A stretch of 64,000 nucleotides of DNA, taken from contig CAXHJY010000287.1 in assembly GCA_964016885.1 (NCBI GenBank), forward strand, positions 12,786 through 76,785, in the 5' to 3' direction. This document shows, piece by piece, positions 36,362-51,699 of the stretch. The translations under genes and the position numbers were made by a program. The stretch comes from Eledone cirrhosa. Taxonomy: Eukaryota. Under the pieces are notes generated by a model. It ran no database searches, was not told the origin of the DNA, and saw only the letters and a program-made list of their open reading frames with translations. The number at the start of each line of letters is the position of its first letter. Within the stretch, counting starts at the first letter, position 1.

Positions 36362-37344
36362 CTTTTTTTCTATATAAAATTCCAAGATTGTGAGATTTTT
36401 ACTGAGAACTGTAATCGAACCAGAATTTTCTACATTGGTCAAACAGTTTCATATAACAGAATTCGTCTTATATGGTAATGTATTGCACGTTATTTTTCGT
36501 GTTTATATTATTATTTTTAAAAAGAACACACCGCAGAATACCAACAACAAACTAAACTAAAGATAAATGAAATACATAAACAACTGACACGGAGTTGGCT
36601 TAGAAATGTATTCTATGAATAAAAAGAAAAAAAATCATTGATAGAATGAGGTATGAAAGAATATAAAGGAATTTATTGAAAAAGGCTCTATGGTAAATTA
36701 TAAAAAAGAGGAAGTTTAGGAGAAATTAAGGACAAATAAAAACGAAAGCGGAGAATGATGATAACAAGAGAAGTAACAACAGCAGATTCAATGCCCGTAA
36801 AAGATAAGTTAGGCATGATGAAAAAGCGCTATTGTGGGTATTTGCCAACAAACATTATTTCTTTTAACTTAATCTGTATGTCATTGTTACAAAAGGAAAA
36901 AAACGGCTAATAGACAATTCTTAAACAACTGTAGCCCAGTTGCAGTTCATGAAAAGTTGGTCATTCTTACTGGTGGCAGCTTACAATTGATTGGACACAG
37001 AAGAATCGTCTTCGAAAGAAGCAAATCTTTAGAATATCAGAAAAGGTCATCGGTTGCCATTTTAAAAGTATTCAACTATCCCTAAACAATGAGGATGTTA
37101 TGTTTGGAGTTTACAGAAGCTATAAACGATACCAAAGACGCTGTCTTATACGATTTTCGAGCGTTCTTCTGCGACAAGGCGATATACATGTAAATAGCTA
37201 ATTACCTATGCTAATACACGACGACAAAACACGATATATCTTCTTATATCTTATCACCATTCATCCTCTCTACTTCGCTCTCCCGGTAATGTTTTTTCTT
37301 TTTTTCTATACATCTCTCACTCTATATATGTAGGTATTTGTTTG

Positions 37345-37354
37345 TATGTATGTG

Positions 37355-37387
<33 letters not shown>

Positions 37388-40300
37388 GTATATATATGTA
37401 TATACATATATACATATATAGATACATATATATATATACATATATATATGTACATATATATATATATTATATATTATATATATAATATATTATATATATT
37501 ATATATTATATATATAATATATTATATATATAATATATTATATATATAATATATTATATATATAATATATTATATATATATATATTATATATATATATTA
37601 TATATATATATATATATATTATATTATATATATTATATATATATATATATATTATACATATATATTATATATATATATTATACATATATATTATATATAT
37701 ATATTATACATATATATTATATATATATATTATACATATATATTATATATATATATTATACATATATATTATATATATATATTATACATATATATTATAT
37801 ATATATATTATACATATATATTATATATATATATTATACATATATATTATATATATATATTATACATATATATTATATATATATATTATACATATATATT
37901 ATATACATATATTATACATATATATTATATACATATATTATACATATATATTATATATATATATTATACATATATATTATATATATTATATTATATATAT
38001 ATATTATATATATATATTATATATATTATATTATATATTTATATATATATATTATATATATATTATATATTATATATATATATTATATATATATATTATA
38101 TATATATATTATATATATATATTATATATATATTATATATATATATTATATATATATTATATATATATATATATTATATATATATTATATATATATATTT
38201 ATATTTTATATATATATTATATATATATTATATATATATTATATTATATATATATATTATATATATATATTAAATATATATATTAAATATATATATTATA
38301 TATATATATTATATATATTATATATATATTATATATATATTATATATATACATATTATATATATATATTATATATATTATATATATATTATATATATATT
38401 ATACATATATATTATATATATTATACATATATATTATATATATATATTATATATATATATTATATATATTATATATATATATTATATATATATATTATAT
38501 ACATATTATATATATTATATATATATATTATATATATATTATATATATATTATATATATATAATATATATATTGTACATATATATTATATATATTATATA
38601 TATATATTATTTATATATATTATATTATATATATTATATTATATATATTATATTATATATATTATATTATATTATATATATTATATTATATATATATATT
38701 ATATATATTATATATAATATATATTATATATATATATTATATATATTCTATTATATATATTATATATAATATATATATATATTATATATATAATATATAT
38801 ATATATTATATATATAATATATATTATATATAGTATATATATATTTATTATATATTATATATATTATATATATATATATATTATATATATTATATATATA
38901 TTATATATATTATTATATATATATTATATATATATATATATTATATATATGTTATATATATTATATATTACATATATATATATATATTATATATATATTA
39001 TATATATTATATATTACATATATATATATATATTATATATATATTATATATATTATATATTACATATATATATATATATTATATATTATATATATATTAT
39101 ATATATTATATATATTTTATATATTATATATATTATTTATATATATTATATATATTATATATATTTTATATATTATATATATTTTATATATTATATATAT
39201 TATATATATTTTATATATTATATATATTTTATATATTATATATTATATATATTTTATATATTATATATATTTTATATATTATATATTATATATATATTAT
39301 ATATATTTTATATTATATATAATATATATAATATATATAATATATATAATATATATAATATATATAAAATATAAATTATATATATAATATATATAATATA
39401 TATAATATATATAATATATATAATATATATAAAATATAAATTATATATATAATATATATAATATATATAATATATATAATATATATAAAATATAAATTAT
39501 ATATATTATATAAAATATATATAATATATATAATATATAAATTATATATATAATATATATATTATATATATAATATATATATTGTATATAATATATAAAA
39601 TATATATATTATATTATATATATTACATATATTATATATATTATATATATTATATTATATATATTATATTATATATATTATATTATATTATATATATTAT
39701 ATTATATATATATATTATATATATATATAATATATATTATATATATTATATATAATATATATTATATATATATATTATATATATTCTATTATATATATTA
39801 TATATAATATATATATATATTATATATATAATATATATTATATATAGTATATATATATATTATATATTATATATATTATATATATATTATATTATATATT
39901 ATATATATTATATATATATTATATATTATATATTATATATATTATATATATATTATATATATTATTATATATATTATATATATTATATATATTATATATA
40001 TATATATTATATATATTATATATATATTATATATATTATTATATATATATTATACATATATATATAATATATATATATTATATATATATTATATATATTA
40101 TATATATATATTTATATTATATATATATATTATATATATATTATATATATATATTTATATTATATATATATATTATATATATATATTAAATATATATATT
40201 ATATATATATATTAAATATATATATTATATATATATATTATATATATATTATATATATTATATATTACATATATATATATATATTATATATTATATATAT

Positions 40301-40980
40301 ATTATATATATTATATATATTATATATATTATTTATATATATTATATATATTATATATATTTTATATATTATATATATTTTATATATTATATATATTTTA
40401 TATATATATATATTTTATATATTATATATTATATATATAATATATATATTATATATATTTTATATATTATATATATTTTATATATTATATATATTTTATA
40501 TATATATATATTTTATATATTATATATTATATATATAATATATATATTATATATATTTTATATATATATATATTTTATATATTATATATTATATATATAA
40601 TATATATATTATATATATTTTATATATTTTATATATATAATATTTATATTTTATATATAATATTTATATTTTATATATTATATATATTATATATATTTTA
40701 TATATTTTATATATTATATATAATATATATAATATATATAATATATATAATATATATAACTTATATATATAATATATATAATATAAAATATATATAATAT
40801 ATATAATATATATAATATATAAAATATATATAATATATATAATATATAAATTATATATATAATATATATATTATATAAAATATATATATTATATTATATA
40901 TATTTTATATATTATATATATTATATATAATTTATATATTATATATATTATATATATTATATATATATATTATAATTATT
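37345..40980. repeat. 3.6-kb nearly pure A/T array, (TA)nT type, with a regular 20-bp sub-array (TATACATATATATTATATAT-like) at ~37650-37970
   Basis: Direct inspection. Confidence 0.97.
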
Positions 40981-41101
40981 ATTTCGATCGAGTAAAGTTA
41001 AGTTTATTTGATTTGGGATATTTCAAATATCAAATTTACATAACCTTTACAAATCAACTGTTTATCTCGATGGTTAGTGCAGTTAGTCGATATCTGAAAC
41101 A

Positions 41102-41190
41102 TATGGAGTTCAATGATTCTTTACGGGCACCGGTCATTTATGGATGGAAAATAAATGACCGGTGCCCCTAAAGAATCATTGGACTCCATA
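41102..41190. repeat. Isolated 40-bp inverted repeat (hairpin) with a 9-nt loop
   Basis: 41102-41141 pairs with 41151-41190 with one C.C mismatch and one G.U. Confidence 0.9.
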
Positions 41191-42711
41191 CGTTTTACGC
41201 AATTTTCTAAAGAGCTATATAAATGTATCGGCTGTATTTACAGCTAATTTCGCGTTTTGGTTTCTCACATTGTGTGCGTGTTTATGCGCTTGGGTGTGTA
41301 CACACATATTTGAAGTTAAATATTTTTTTGGATTTCGCCAACAATCATCGGATAGCGTCGTTTATCGCCCAGATACTTGACACATTCAGCCATATTGGAA
41401 AAATGATTCAGTTTGATGGTACTCGAACTCGGGGACCAGATGAATAGGAAGGTTTACTTCCCATCATTGTCATTTATTGTCAACATCGCTTCCTTCGGTC
41501 ACCCGCTCCAACTTATATCATTGCTGATGCCCACCTCCTTCAGAACCTGGCAACACGTAGTCTTCAACTGTACGAAACATCTCCGTCATCAAATTAATTG
41601 TAAACTGATTGAGGGCGTGCTTTATCCTGTTTATAGGCTATTTCTCAGTCACCTCAGTTCTACGAGAAGGAAGCCAGCACTACTACTCCGAATTAGTACA
41701 TCAGTCTTCTGCTGTGGGCATATTTTGCTGCCCACATGATGCGTCATTATGATGAGACGGCCCAGTGTACTTTACGTTCCATGAAAATGTTCTACAACGA
41801 TACAGACCACTGCCACTCTTTCATTCTACAACATTTCCACGCTCATCCCAAACTAATATTTCTCATTGAATATGACAACAATGGAGTTGGTGAGAACGTT
41901 AATGACACTGACACATTTATGTAACGATGAATGAGGATTAGGAAGCTGATGTTTATCGTATTAATTGAGACTGAAATTCTGCCATAGCCCTAGTCATGGA
42001 GCCTTAGTTAATAGATATGTAGGCTTTACGTATGTCAAAGAATTAGATGATGCCCATAATGTTATCGAATATCTATCGATAATGTTTTAGTGTGTATTAA
42101 ATTATACGTCATTTCCAGCTAGGCAAACATACATTGTTTTTGCAGTTGTTGTATCTGGTCTCAATATCAACTTCGTTTGGGGAGAAGAAATTCTCTCTGT
42201 GACTCTTTCTTACGAAATACGTATGTTGCCAGGGAAAATCATTCACACCCAAATTATATATATTTCTTTCAAAGTGTGAATGAACATTTGCTTTCTTTTT
42301 AAGGTGGGTGTAAGCCTGTGGTTCGTAGCTGTTAATTATTTAGATGTCGAAGTAGGGCGCACCAATATATTTTAATAAAGTATCCACATCCCTCGGGGCT
42401 GAAAACTCCAAACCATTGGTTCTGCTTTGGCACACACAACATTTAGAATATTTCCACACTTAAATTCATTTAGAAATATCCAAACCTGTGGTTGTGATAA
42501 TAAACACGTTTTAACAAAGCAATAAACTGAAAATATGTGTAATAACAGAACAGCAACAATAATGGGGATAATAGCAAATGCATAAAATCAAGAAGACGAA
42601 GGAGATAACAAAGACGATGACGAAGAAGGAAACTTCATAGACGAAGAAAACAATGAAGAATGAGATGACACCGACGAAGACAAAGATGCTGATGATGATG
42701 ATAAAGAACAT

Positions 42712-43085
42712 GATGATGAATGCAAAAATACTGTTTTCTTTATTTTCAAGTACCTGTCTTTTTTATTTTTGAAATACACTGCAAATATTACTTCGATATT
42801 CTGTTATTATATGTATATATATGGTTTATCATTCAACTCTTATATTTGTTACAACGAAAAGCCACATAAATTTATAAAGTAATACATCCTACGCATGATG
42901 ATGTTCTTATACTGGAATTTTATTTAAAATACTTTGTAACTCCTTTATTGCTGCAATGACATATACCTTCGGAGGAAAAGCACCACATTCACTATAATAT
43001 CTGAAAGAAAGCAATATCAAATACGAGATTGATACTATGAATATGCAATATTTTCGCGTTGCCCTGGTAACTTATCTCTGGGCAT
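42712..43085 (+). repeat. Diverged direct duplication, copy 1 (~370 bp)
   Basis: Colinear blocks shared with 45622-45985 (GATGAATGCAAAAA, AATTTATAAAGT, CTACGCATGAT, GGAGGAAAAG, ATACTATGAATATG, ACTTATCTCTG). Confidence 0.8.
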
Positions 43086-43315
43086 CAAAGGATATAACAA
43101 TAAAAACACAATCAAGAAAATCTGTCTAAAAGAGTTGTAGATTACGTTATGACATATATTCCCATATACTGGATAAAATGTTGTACATTTTGAAGGAAAT
43201 CGGAGGGTGATATGTCTATAAAAAGAGGTTTCAACTGTTTATCTCAGCGTAATGACATGTTCTGGGGACTGAGCAATATTTATTATAGTTCCTTCTTTCT
43301 TACACTTTCTGTTTG

Positions 43316-43745
43316 CCTCTCTCTCACTCTCTCAATCTCTCTCACTCTCTCTCACTATTTCTATATCTCACTCTTTCTCTCATCCACTCTTTCTCTCACT
43401 CACTCGTTCTCTCTCTCACTCTTTCTCTCACTCACTCTTTCTCTCACTCACTCTTTCTCTCACTCACTCCTTCTCTCACTCTCTCTCTCTCTCACTCTCT
43501 CTCACTCTCTCTCTCACAATCTCACTCTCACAATCTCACTCTCTCGTACTCTCTCACTTTTACTCCCCCCCCCCCCGCTCTCGCTATCTCGTACTCACTC
43601 TCTCGCTATCTGGCTCTCTCTCGCTCTCTCACTCTTTCTCTCACCCACTCTTTCTCTCACTCGTTCTCTCTCTCACTCTCACTCTCGCTCACCCTTTCTC
43701 TCTCTCTCACTCTCTCCCACTCTCTCTCACTCTTTCTATCTCTCA
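43316..43745. repeat. (CT)/(CTCA) polypyrimidine microsatellite
   Basis: Direct inspection. Confidence 0.93.
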
Positions 43746-44049
43746 CCGTGATGTTTGCCTAGCTGCTACAATGTGAAACCCAAGCAGATATCACGTGGCT
43801 AAGAAAGGAACATTTTACTGCAGAATCAAGAGTAAACAATAAAGGACCCTATAAAATGTACATACATGGAAAAAAGAGTAACATGCAAAAGTAGATTACC
43901 TCGACATGTATAGACCTGTTTATTTCACTATAGCTTAGTACTTGCACGTACATAAACATAAATATTAACAGACACATGTACACAAGCGTTTTTTATATAT
44001 ACATATGTGTAAATGTGGCTGTTTATGTATGTATGTATATGTGTTTATG

Positions 44050-44090
<41 letters not shown>

Positions 44091-44283
44091 ATGTGTTTAT
44101 GTATGTGTGTATATATATATGTATGTGTGTATATATATGTGTATGTATATATATATATATATATATACGTATGTATGTGTGTATGTATATGTATGTAAGT
44201 ACGTATACATATATATATGCATGTATGTGTTTGTATTTACATGCATGTATGTGTATATATATATATGCATGTATGTGTGTGCG

Positions 44284-44323
<40 letters not shown>

Positions 44324-45142
44324 CGCAAAAATTTAGATAATATATTATTACGTTATTTATATACGTATATGAATGTGTATCGATTTAATATTCATGAGCT
44401 GCTTTTTTTCTGCTGAGAAATTTGAAAGGTTTCTATACATTTATGATTTGTCAAAACCCAATGCATCTTACTTTCTTTATTCAGAATGTTCTGATATCTA
44501 TATGGCCTTTTGTTTCAGTTTTTCTCCATCGGCATTATGCTGTACATTCTAGTGTTCGTATATGCATGTGATATTTTATTATTCCATTAGTATCAATTCC
44601 TACATATGCTACAAAATAAGAAATCGTATCATTGTATTTTTTTGTTAGGTTGATTCCTTTTATTTAACCATATTTTTAATCCTACTTATCGATATATTTA
44701 TTATTATTAATATCATCAAGTTTGATGTGATGTTTGATTCGATAGAGCGTTGGAGAATATGCATTTCGATATAGTTTTGGCTTTACTTTTAAAACCCAAT
44801 CGGATCAGTATTGCGTCTATGAAATTATGTACGAAGAGGATGCAATGAGGAGGTATAGTATTTTTGTCTGCAATCATTCGTTGTACTGTCTATTTGCATA
44901 TATCCTTCTGTCGATTTGGACAGAACAGTTCCATAGGACTGAGATATGCCATTTTTCAGGTAATACAGGTGGTTTGAGTTCCCAACAGCTTTTATAGTGT
45001 GGCGGGTCCAGGTTCTTCCAAATTGCACAGTGGATATTCTGTGCAGCTCTAGCATGCCTGTTGTGAAATAATGAGGGCGAAAGAATGCTACAGATTGAGA
45101 CAATTTGATCAATGTATTCAGGTTATTATTTACATATTCCAA

Positions 45143-45331
45143 GGGCGGTGAATTGGCAGTATCGGTAGAGGGTTGGATGCCATGCTTTCCAGCATAGTTA
45201 CGTCCCTTTACGTTCTGAGTTCAAATCCCGCCGAGGTTAACTTTGCCTTTCATCCTTACGGGGGTCGATAAAATAAATTACCAGTAATATACTGCGTAAT
45301 TGCTGGCCTTGTGACAAAAGTAGAAACAATT
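45143..45331 (+). mobile_element. Full-length tRNA-derived SINE family A with 17-bp TSD
   Basis: A-box TGGCAGTATCGG, B-box GTTCAAATCC, 3' end GTAGAAACAATTAT; TSD ATTATTTACATATTCCA at 45125 and 45329. Confidence 0.93.
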
Positions 45332-45621
45332 ATTTACATATTCCATAACTCGGGCTATTGTCGTTCTTTAAGACGTTAGCATGATAGTTTCTGCTAGGAA
45401 GGCATTGATCTATGGCTGATATGATAAACCATTTTGTTTCCGATTATAAGACACTGATGGTTATTTTTAGTTCTCTCTTTGTATTTACCACGGATAGGTT
45501 TTCCTATCTATTTGCTGGTAAGATTCTTTAAATCTGAAATCTGCATATTTAATCAGTGTTTAGATTTTAAAAAATGGAACAAAGTCAAGCAGAATATGGT
45601 GAGAAGTAGGGAGAGGATGAC

Positions 45622-45985
45622 GGTGATGAATGCAAAAAATGTATTTTTTTCATATTTTCAAGTTCCTGTCATATTTTAATTCAAATCTTGAACAAATATT
45701 ACTTTGATATTACTATCATTATATATATTTTCATGTAGTATTTTATTAGTTCCAACAAACTCACAGCAATTTATAAAGTGATATTTTCTACGCATGATTA
45801 CGTTTTATCCCCTCATTTTATTTAAACATATTTAAGTCCTTTATTGACGCAATGTCTTATAGCCTAGGAGGAAAAGTTCTACAAAGAAATTGGCTATAAT
45901 ATATAAAGGAATTCAATATCAAAACCGAGATCAATACTATGAATATGTAATATTTTCGTTGCTCTGGTTACTTATCTCTGAGCAT
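45622..45985 (+). repeat. Diverged direct duplication, copy 2
   Basis: See 42712-43085. Confidence 0.8.
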
Positions 45986-47589
45986 TTTTTTGTCAGTGTT
46001 GAACTGTCTGTACTTGTTTTGAATTTATCTAATTATGTGTGTTATTTATGTGGAATGTATATAAATGTTTTAGTGTTTTAAAACAGGTTTTAGTATCTAT
46101 TCATTTTGTACATAACTTTTGAATCAAAGTGTGGCAATTTTCAAAGACAATTCAAATTGTATGATTCCAAACCGTTTTGTCTGAATTTGTATCATGCATT
46201 CTATTCATTGTCAACAAATACCGAACGTTTTTATCAAGTATACAGATTTCAGCATCTCGCTAGTTAATGACATTGAAACTATAAGATACGGTATGTAGGC
46301 ATAAATCATTAATAGCTCCCGTTTGGCTTTGATTTGAATCGATACACATTCATAACAAACATTGTTATTGATATTTTCCCTCATCATTGAGTGTTTAATT
46401 CCGCGATCATAATATTTGTAGCCCTCCTCTGGATCTAAAGCCTTTATGAAAATTTGTTAATCCAGTTCAAAGCTAAATGCTTTTGTCAACTTCTCTCTGA
46501 TAAAGGTAACTTATGTGCATTTATAAAGGCCAAATTCGACTCCAATGCCATTATTAAATCGTTTCATATCTCATAAAAATACATTGTTTTATCCTAGTTA
46601 TTTTTGTAAAGAGCTTTAAATCTTCTTTACTGAAAGTTGAGCTATAGTTTTATCATGAATTGTACAGCCATATGTTTCACTGAGTAATCTCGATAAAGAT
46701 ATCAGAGCTAGACAAAATGCGAGTGTGATTGTGTGATTGTTTTTTTTTTTGAGAGTGACACTCTGACACACATGAGATTTCAACATCTTTTGCTTTCGGG
46801 GTTTACGTGTTGTTATTCAAAATTAGATTATTTTTCTATGATCCCTGAATTAAAGATGTGGGAACAGTACTCAATAGAAGGCAGATATGTGTATCGATAA
46901 AGATGAACCATTTGGTTTCGTTCGGAGTACATTCATTCAAAGCATTACTAATGACACATTGAATATATAATCATGGATATAGAGTGCTCAAAACTATTAT
47001 TCGCAATATTGACGGCAGTGAAACAATGAAACCGACTGACAATATGCTAAAAAATAAAAACGATGAGAAGGAAAATAATTGCAGTATTCAAACTAAGAGT
47101 ATATTTTACCTCTCATAAAGCAATTAATAGTTTATATTTGCGCTTTGGTTCTAAAAAGATAGAGCTAAGGTAGGTCAGTAACCCCAAACAGTAGCAATCA
47201 ATAAACAATTTTAGAAAATTAAAGAGTAGTGCAACCAGCATAACACTATATCGCAGATCTACAAATAAACTATAATTTACTACGTCTTTGGCTTTATGCT
47301 GCATACTACAAGTAATTTATTTTTTCAAAATTAAATTGTCTGAGAATTTAGACAAAAATATAACCAGTATCACAACGCTTTTATCTCAACTAATAACTGA
47401 GACAAAGTTCAAATTGTAATTTGCTAAGAATACAGTGTCTAGTGATTATAATATTTTTTTACGGTTATAAATTATTATCATAAATCTGTATAATCAACCA
47501 GAGAATCTATTTTCGCAAATATATTTTTATATATGTAGACCTAATACACACAGTTTATTTACACACACATACACACACACGTAGACCAT

Positions 47590-47705
<116 letters not shown>

Positions 47706-48221
47706 ATATACATGCATGCACACGCACACATACGTGTATGTGTGTGTGCGTGTCTGTTTGGATATACGTGTGTCTGGGTGTTACAGTATTGGCGAGCGGA
47801 TTTGAATTAAGTTCAGCTACATGAAATGTTTCATCATTTTATATAGTTAACAAAATTATTTGAAGTTGTTTTGCAATCAATTATTAAAGCAGGTAACACA
47901 ATGGCTGATTGTAAGGTGGAAGTATTTTTAGATATGCAATCACGTGTTCATATTGTGCTATCATATGATTATTAAAACAGCTGTGTTCCTGAGGACGTGA
48001 TATAATTCAACTTGCTCTAGTTATAATTCTACATTGTTGAAACGAAATCTCAGGCCCCAAGTCTCTTGAGTTGTCCATTTATGTCTAAGCTGAAATGGTG
48101 AAAATACAATGGCTAGAAGGTCTGGACAGAAGATACTGAATGTTTATGATCAGGTATATCTTTTTCGACATTATCTACCAATTCGACTGTAGGCTTACTA
48201 TTACATATAAACAATACATCT

Positions 48222-48545
48222 GAAGGTGCGCGGCTTTGTTGTTAGGGTATTCAGCTCACAATCGTAAGATCATGAGTTCGACTCCCGGTGGCGCGTAGTG
48301 TCCTTGAGCAAGACACTTTATTTCCCGTCCTTCCAATCTCTTCAACTGGCAAACATGAGTTGTAGCTGTAGTGCAGAGGAACTGCCTTTTCACAAACTAT
48401 GTCACACTGCGTCTTCTTGATAACTCCGTAAATTATACGCCTGTTTGTGAAATGCTGAGCCACTTGCACATTAATTTCCCGAGCAGGCTGTTCCGTTGAT
48501 TGGGTCAACAGGAACACACATCGTCGTAACTGACGGAGTGTCCCC
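48222..48545 (+). mobile_element. tRNA-derived SINE family B, near full length
   Basis: tRNA-like head (GGCTTTGTTGTTAGG..GAGTTCGACTCCCGG), central GTCCTTGAGCAAGACACTTTATTTC, RTE-like end CGTCGTAACTGACGGAGTG. Confidence 0.8.
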
Positions 48546-48914
48546 ATAACATTCATACTTTATATATTTTCAAAAGCTATATTTAACAAAATAATATTTT
48601 TCAGAGGGGGTTTAATACATAGAAAACTACATCAGCGTGTCACATATAGGCAGGACCTCTGAGGATATGTATTGACTCAACTGTATGTGTGGATTCCCAA
48701 GCCCATGTTTAAGTGTTTATATTGAAATGTAGCGTTTCTATAAAATTACTTGAATCTATTTATTGCATTGAAAAACATATTGCCAAACACATTCACCGAA
48801 ATATTATACATGGTTCACTATACACACAACAATCACATAAAAGACAGAGACACAAACACACACAGACATGCATATATATATATATACGTGTGTGTGTGTG
48901 TGTGTATATATATA

Positions 48915-49370
48915 TATTATTTAAATGACAGATTAAAGTTTTAGCAAAGAATCGCTGCTTTCACCCTTAACGGGATCTTCTGAAACTAACAAAGTCAATT
49001 TGTAAACGCAGAAGTAAATATTTCAAAAAACGTTGCAACCGGAGGAAGACGATACTTTGGTTCGTGGGAACGTTCCCTGGCAAAGAACCGAAAAAAAGCG
49101 AATATAATACGTCATTATTTAGAGCGGTGAAAAACAATTACACGCAAAGACAGAACCACGTTTATGGTATAAAAGAGGTCGTAGACTAATGTTCTCTTAG
49201 GTGGTTCATAGAGACGTTCTCTGGTAATGAACGGAAAAAACGAAGATAATACGTCATATGTGGAGCGTGGAGAACAATTGCACGCAAAGACAAAACCCCG
49301 TAAATGGTATAACTGAAGTCGTAGACTAAAATTCTAACTAGGAGACCGAATGATTCTCCGCTTCAGAGTT
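48915..49370 (-). mobile_element. ~450-bp hammerhead-bearing repeat (Penelope pLTR-like), copy 1, with an internal ~143-bp tandem duplication
   Basis: Reverse-complement match to 55005-55385; internal duplicate 49071-49196 / 49214-49335. Confidence 0.8.
48937..48987 (-). ncRNA. Variant hammerhead motif (core CAGAAGA)
   Basis: Minus strand AGTTT-CAGAAGA-T-CCC-GTTAA-GGG-T-GAAA-GCA..TGC-TA-AAACT; all three stems pair, one core deviation (U4 to A). Confidence 0.55.
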
Positions 49371-49537
49371 AAGAATAAAGTAAATAAAATAGAATACATA
49401 GGTAATAGAAATTAAATAAATACATACACGCATGCAAATACGTACATACACAAGCATACGCGAAAACACTTGCCATAGGTATACACAACCACGCACATAA
49501 ATATGTGTGTTTGTGTGTGCTTGTATACAAATAAATA

Positions 49538-50504
49538 ATTAAACTAGACATGAAAAATGCGCAAGCTCAAAAGTGCCACAGAATGTTATAATAAACCTTC
49601 AAAAGTGTGGGACTAGAGTTGTTGCTAAAAAATATTGTAATCATTATATATCGTACATTCTGTGGCATCCTTTATAAAAATAGCTTAAACCAACGAAGCC
49701 TTTATTTTTACGCTATTTCACTTAGTTAATTCTTAGAGTGTAACATATAAAAATATGATTTACAACTATAAAATAAATTAATTAATATAATAACAGAGCT
49801 GCGGAGCTGAAATTTAGGAAATAATGGAGTATCGGATCCTGAGTTGGAGCCAGTCAATTTTTGACCGACTCCGCAGCCCTGTATAATACATTTCATATTA
49901 AAGTTATTAATAAACCTATTTTACACTTCATGCAAATTACCACGAGATATTGATATTAGATATAAGATACAGCGCAATATCTACAGCTGTAAAAGTACGA
50001 AAGCGAAGTAATAATAAGTGGCTTAAGGTAATTCCAATATGAAAGTTTGTAGTGATAAAAATTTGATAATGCAATACGATTGTTAATATTATAGTTCTAT
50101 GAAAATGTAACAATAGATAACTAAATTATTTTACTATTAGTATATTTAAGAAATTATCATTATAGATTTGATCGTTCATATAAGCATCATATTAAGTTTC
50201 AACACAATTATTTTGTTACTATGAGTATATGATAATAATATTACGTAATTATTTATAGCTGTTATTACATTAAACATAGATGTATTTATTTTTATATGTT
50301 ACACTCTAAGAATTAACTAAGTGAAATAGCGTAAAAATAAAGGCTTCGTTGGTTTAAGCTATTTTTATAAAGGATGCCACAGAATGTACGATATATAATG
50401 ATTACAATATTTTTTAGCAACAACTCTAGTCCCACACTTTTGAAGGTTTATTATAACATTCTGTGGCACTTTTGAGCTTGCGCATTTTTCATGTCTAGTT
50501 TAAT
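49538..50504. mobile_element. MITE/foldback element with 218-bp apparently perfect terminal inverted repeats
   Basis: 49538-49755 is the reverse complement of 50287-50504; termini TTAA-ACTAG...CTAGT-TTAA; non-coding AT-rich interior. Confidence 0.88.
49794..49881. mobile_element. 88-bp hAT-like MITE nested in the foldback element
   Basis: TIRs CAGAGCTGCGGAG / CTCCGCAGCCCTG; 8-bp flanks TATAATAA / TATAATAC (7/8). Confidence 0.7.
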
Positions 50505-51058
50505 ATTTTTTTAAGGCAACGCTTGTAATAACTCTAGTTAAACAGGATATATATTAATAATAAATTATCGTTGTAATGTAATTAGATTATGTAATTGTTA
50601 TTATAAATTATCTTATAAATATTAGTGTAAGATGTATAAAAATATTTTCAGACTTTTAATATAAACAACTACAAAAAACAATCAATATTAAATCAATATA
50701 TTATACATAATAGAAAACATAAAATATACAATACAAAAACAAAATATTTACATACAATTGCAACAATTATCAGTGTATATACATTTTCTTTATATTCCCT
50801 GAGCAAATTAATAAGATTTGTTTTTATTGTACATAATTTGATGACTTGTTGGAGTGTATTAAAAGATAGCAACAATTTGTGATTAAATTGTTATCTTAAG
50901 CAACTCACTTTTTAATAGTTGTTGGCTGAGCGAAATTGTAAAAGCCTATGAGCAAATATAAAAAAAAATACACAAACAACATTTCCTTGTGTTATTACAA
51001 CATTAGATAAAATAATTGAGCAATGTCGTTATATTTTGCTCTTATTGCACATTAATAG

Positions 51059-51226
51059 TGTTTCTATTTTTCGGCACAAATCCATTACGGCAGTCCATTA
51101 CTGGTACTTTATTTTATCGAATTAGTAAGTATGAAAGTCGAAGTTAACCTCGGCAGGATTTGAACTTAGAATGCAAAGGACCATAACAATACTGCAAAGC
51201 ATGGTGTCTGACGCTCTACCAATACT
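51059..51226 (-). mobile_element. Diverged SINE family A
   Basis: CATTACTGGTACTTTATTTTATCGA..GTTAACCTCGGCAGGATTTGAAC..AAGCATGGTGTC..CTCTACC. Confidence 0.85.
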
Positions 51227-51619
51227 TGTGTTGAGCTGGTCATTAATTTATGGTGGTCGTGCGTGGAGTAGAGCAATCGCTAGTTGAAATATTATGAACA
51301 AAACATTTTTATTTGCCGAAGAACATATTTTCAATACTGTTTGTGAATGTGACGAAGGAAATACATTCTGATATGGAACAGTGTACAAAGTGTGTCTGTG
51401 AATAACATAATGTTACCTCATGTTGTTGTCAAGACATAATGGATTTCGTTTATCCAGTTAGAAGATGAAACCTAGCCATCTCGGATTAGTTATATTTCAT
51501 GCCATGTGTAAACGTGTTTGAGGATAGCAAAATATGCGCGTTAATTATAATAATTAGTTAATAATATTACAAAATATACCTAATTAAACTCTTTGCTTGA
51601 AATTTTATCATTCTTCGTT

Positions 51620-51699
<80 letters not shown>

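Noticed and set aside
41380-41880. GC-richer block, possibly an old LINE 3' remnant on the minus strand
   Set aside because: Only vague resemblance; no continuous motif.
42588-42722. Acidic D/E-rich reading frame
   Set aside because: Degenerate GAN trinucleotide repeat with an internal stop and no splice support.
45143-45235. tRNA-like sequence with A and B boxes
   Set aside because: Head of a multi-copy SINE with TSDs; no complete cloverleaf.
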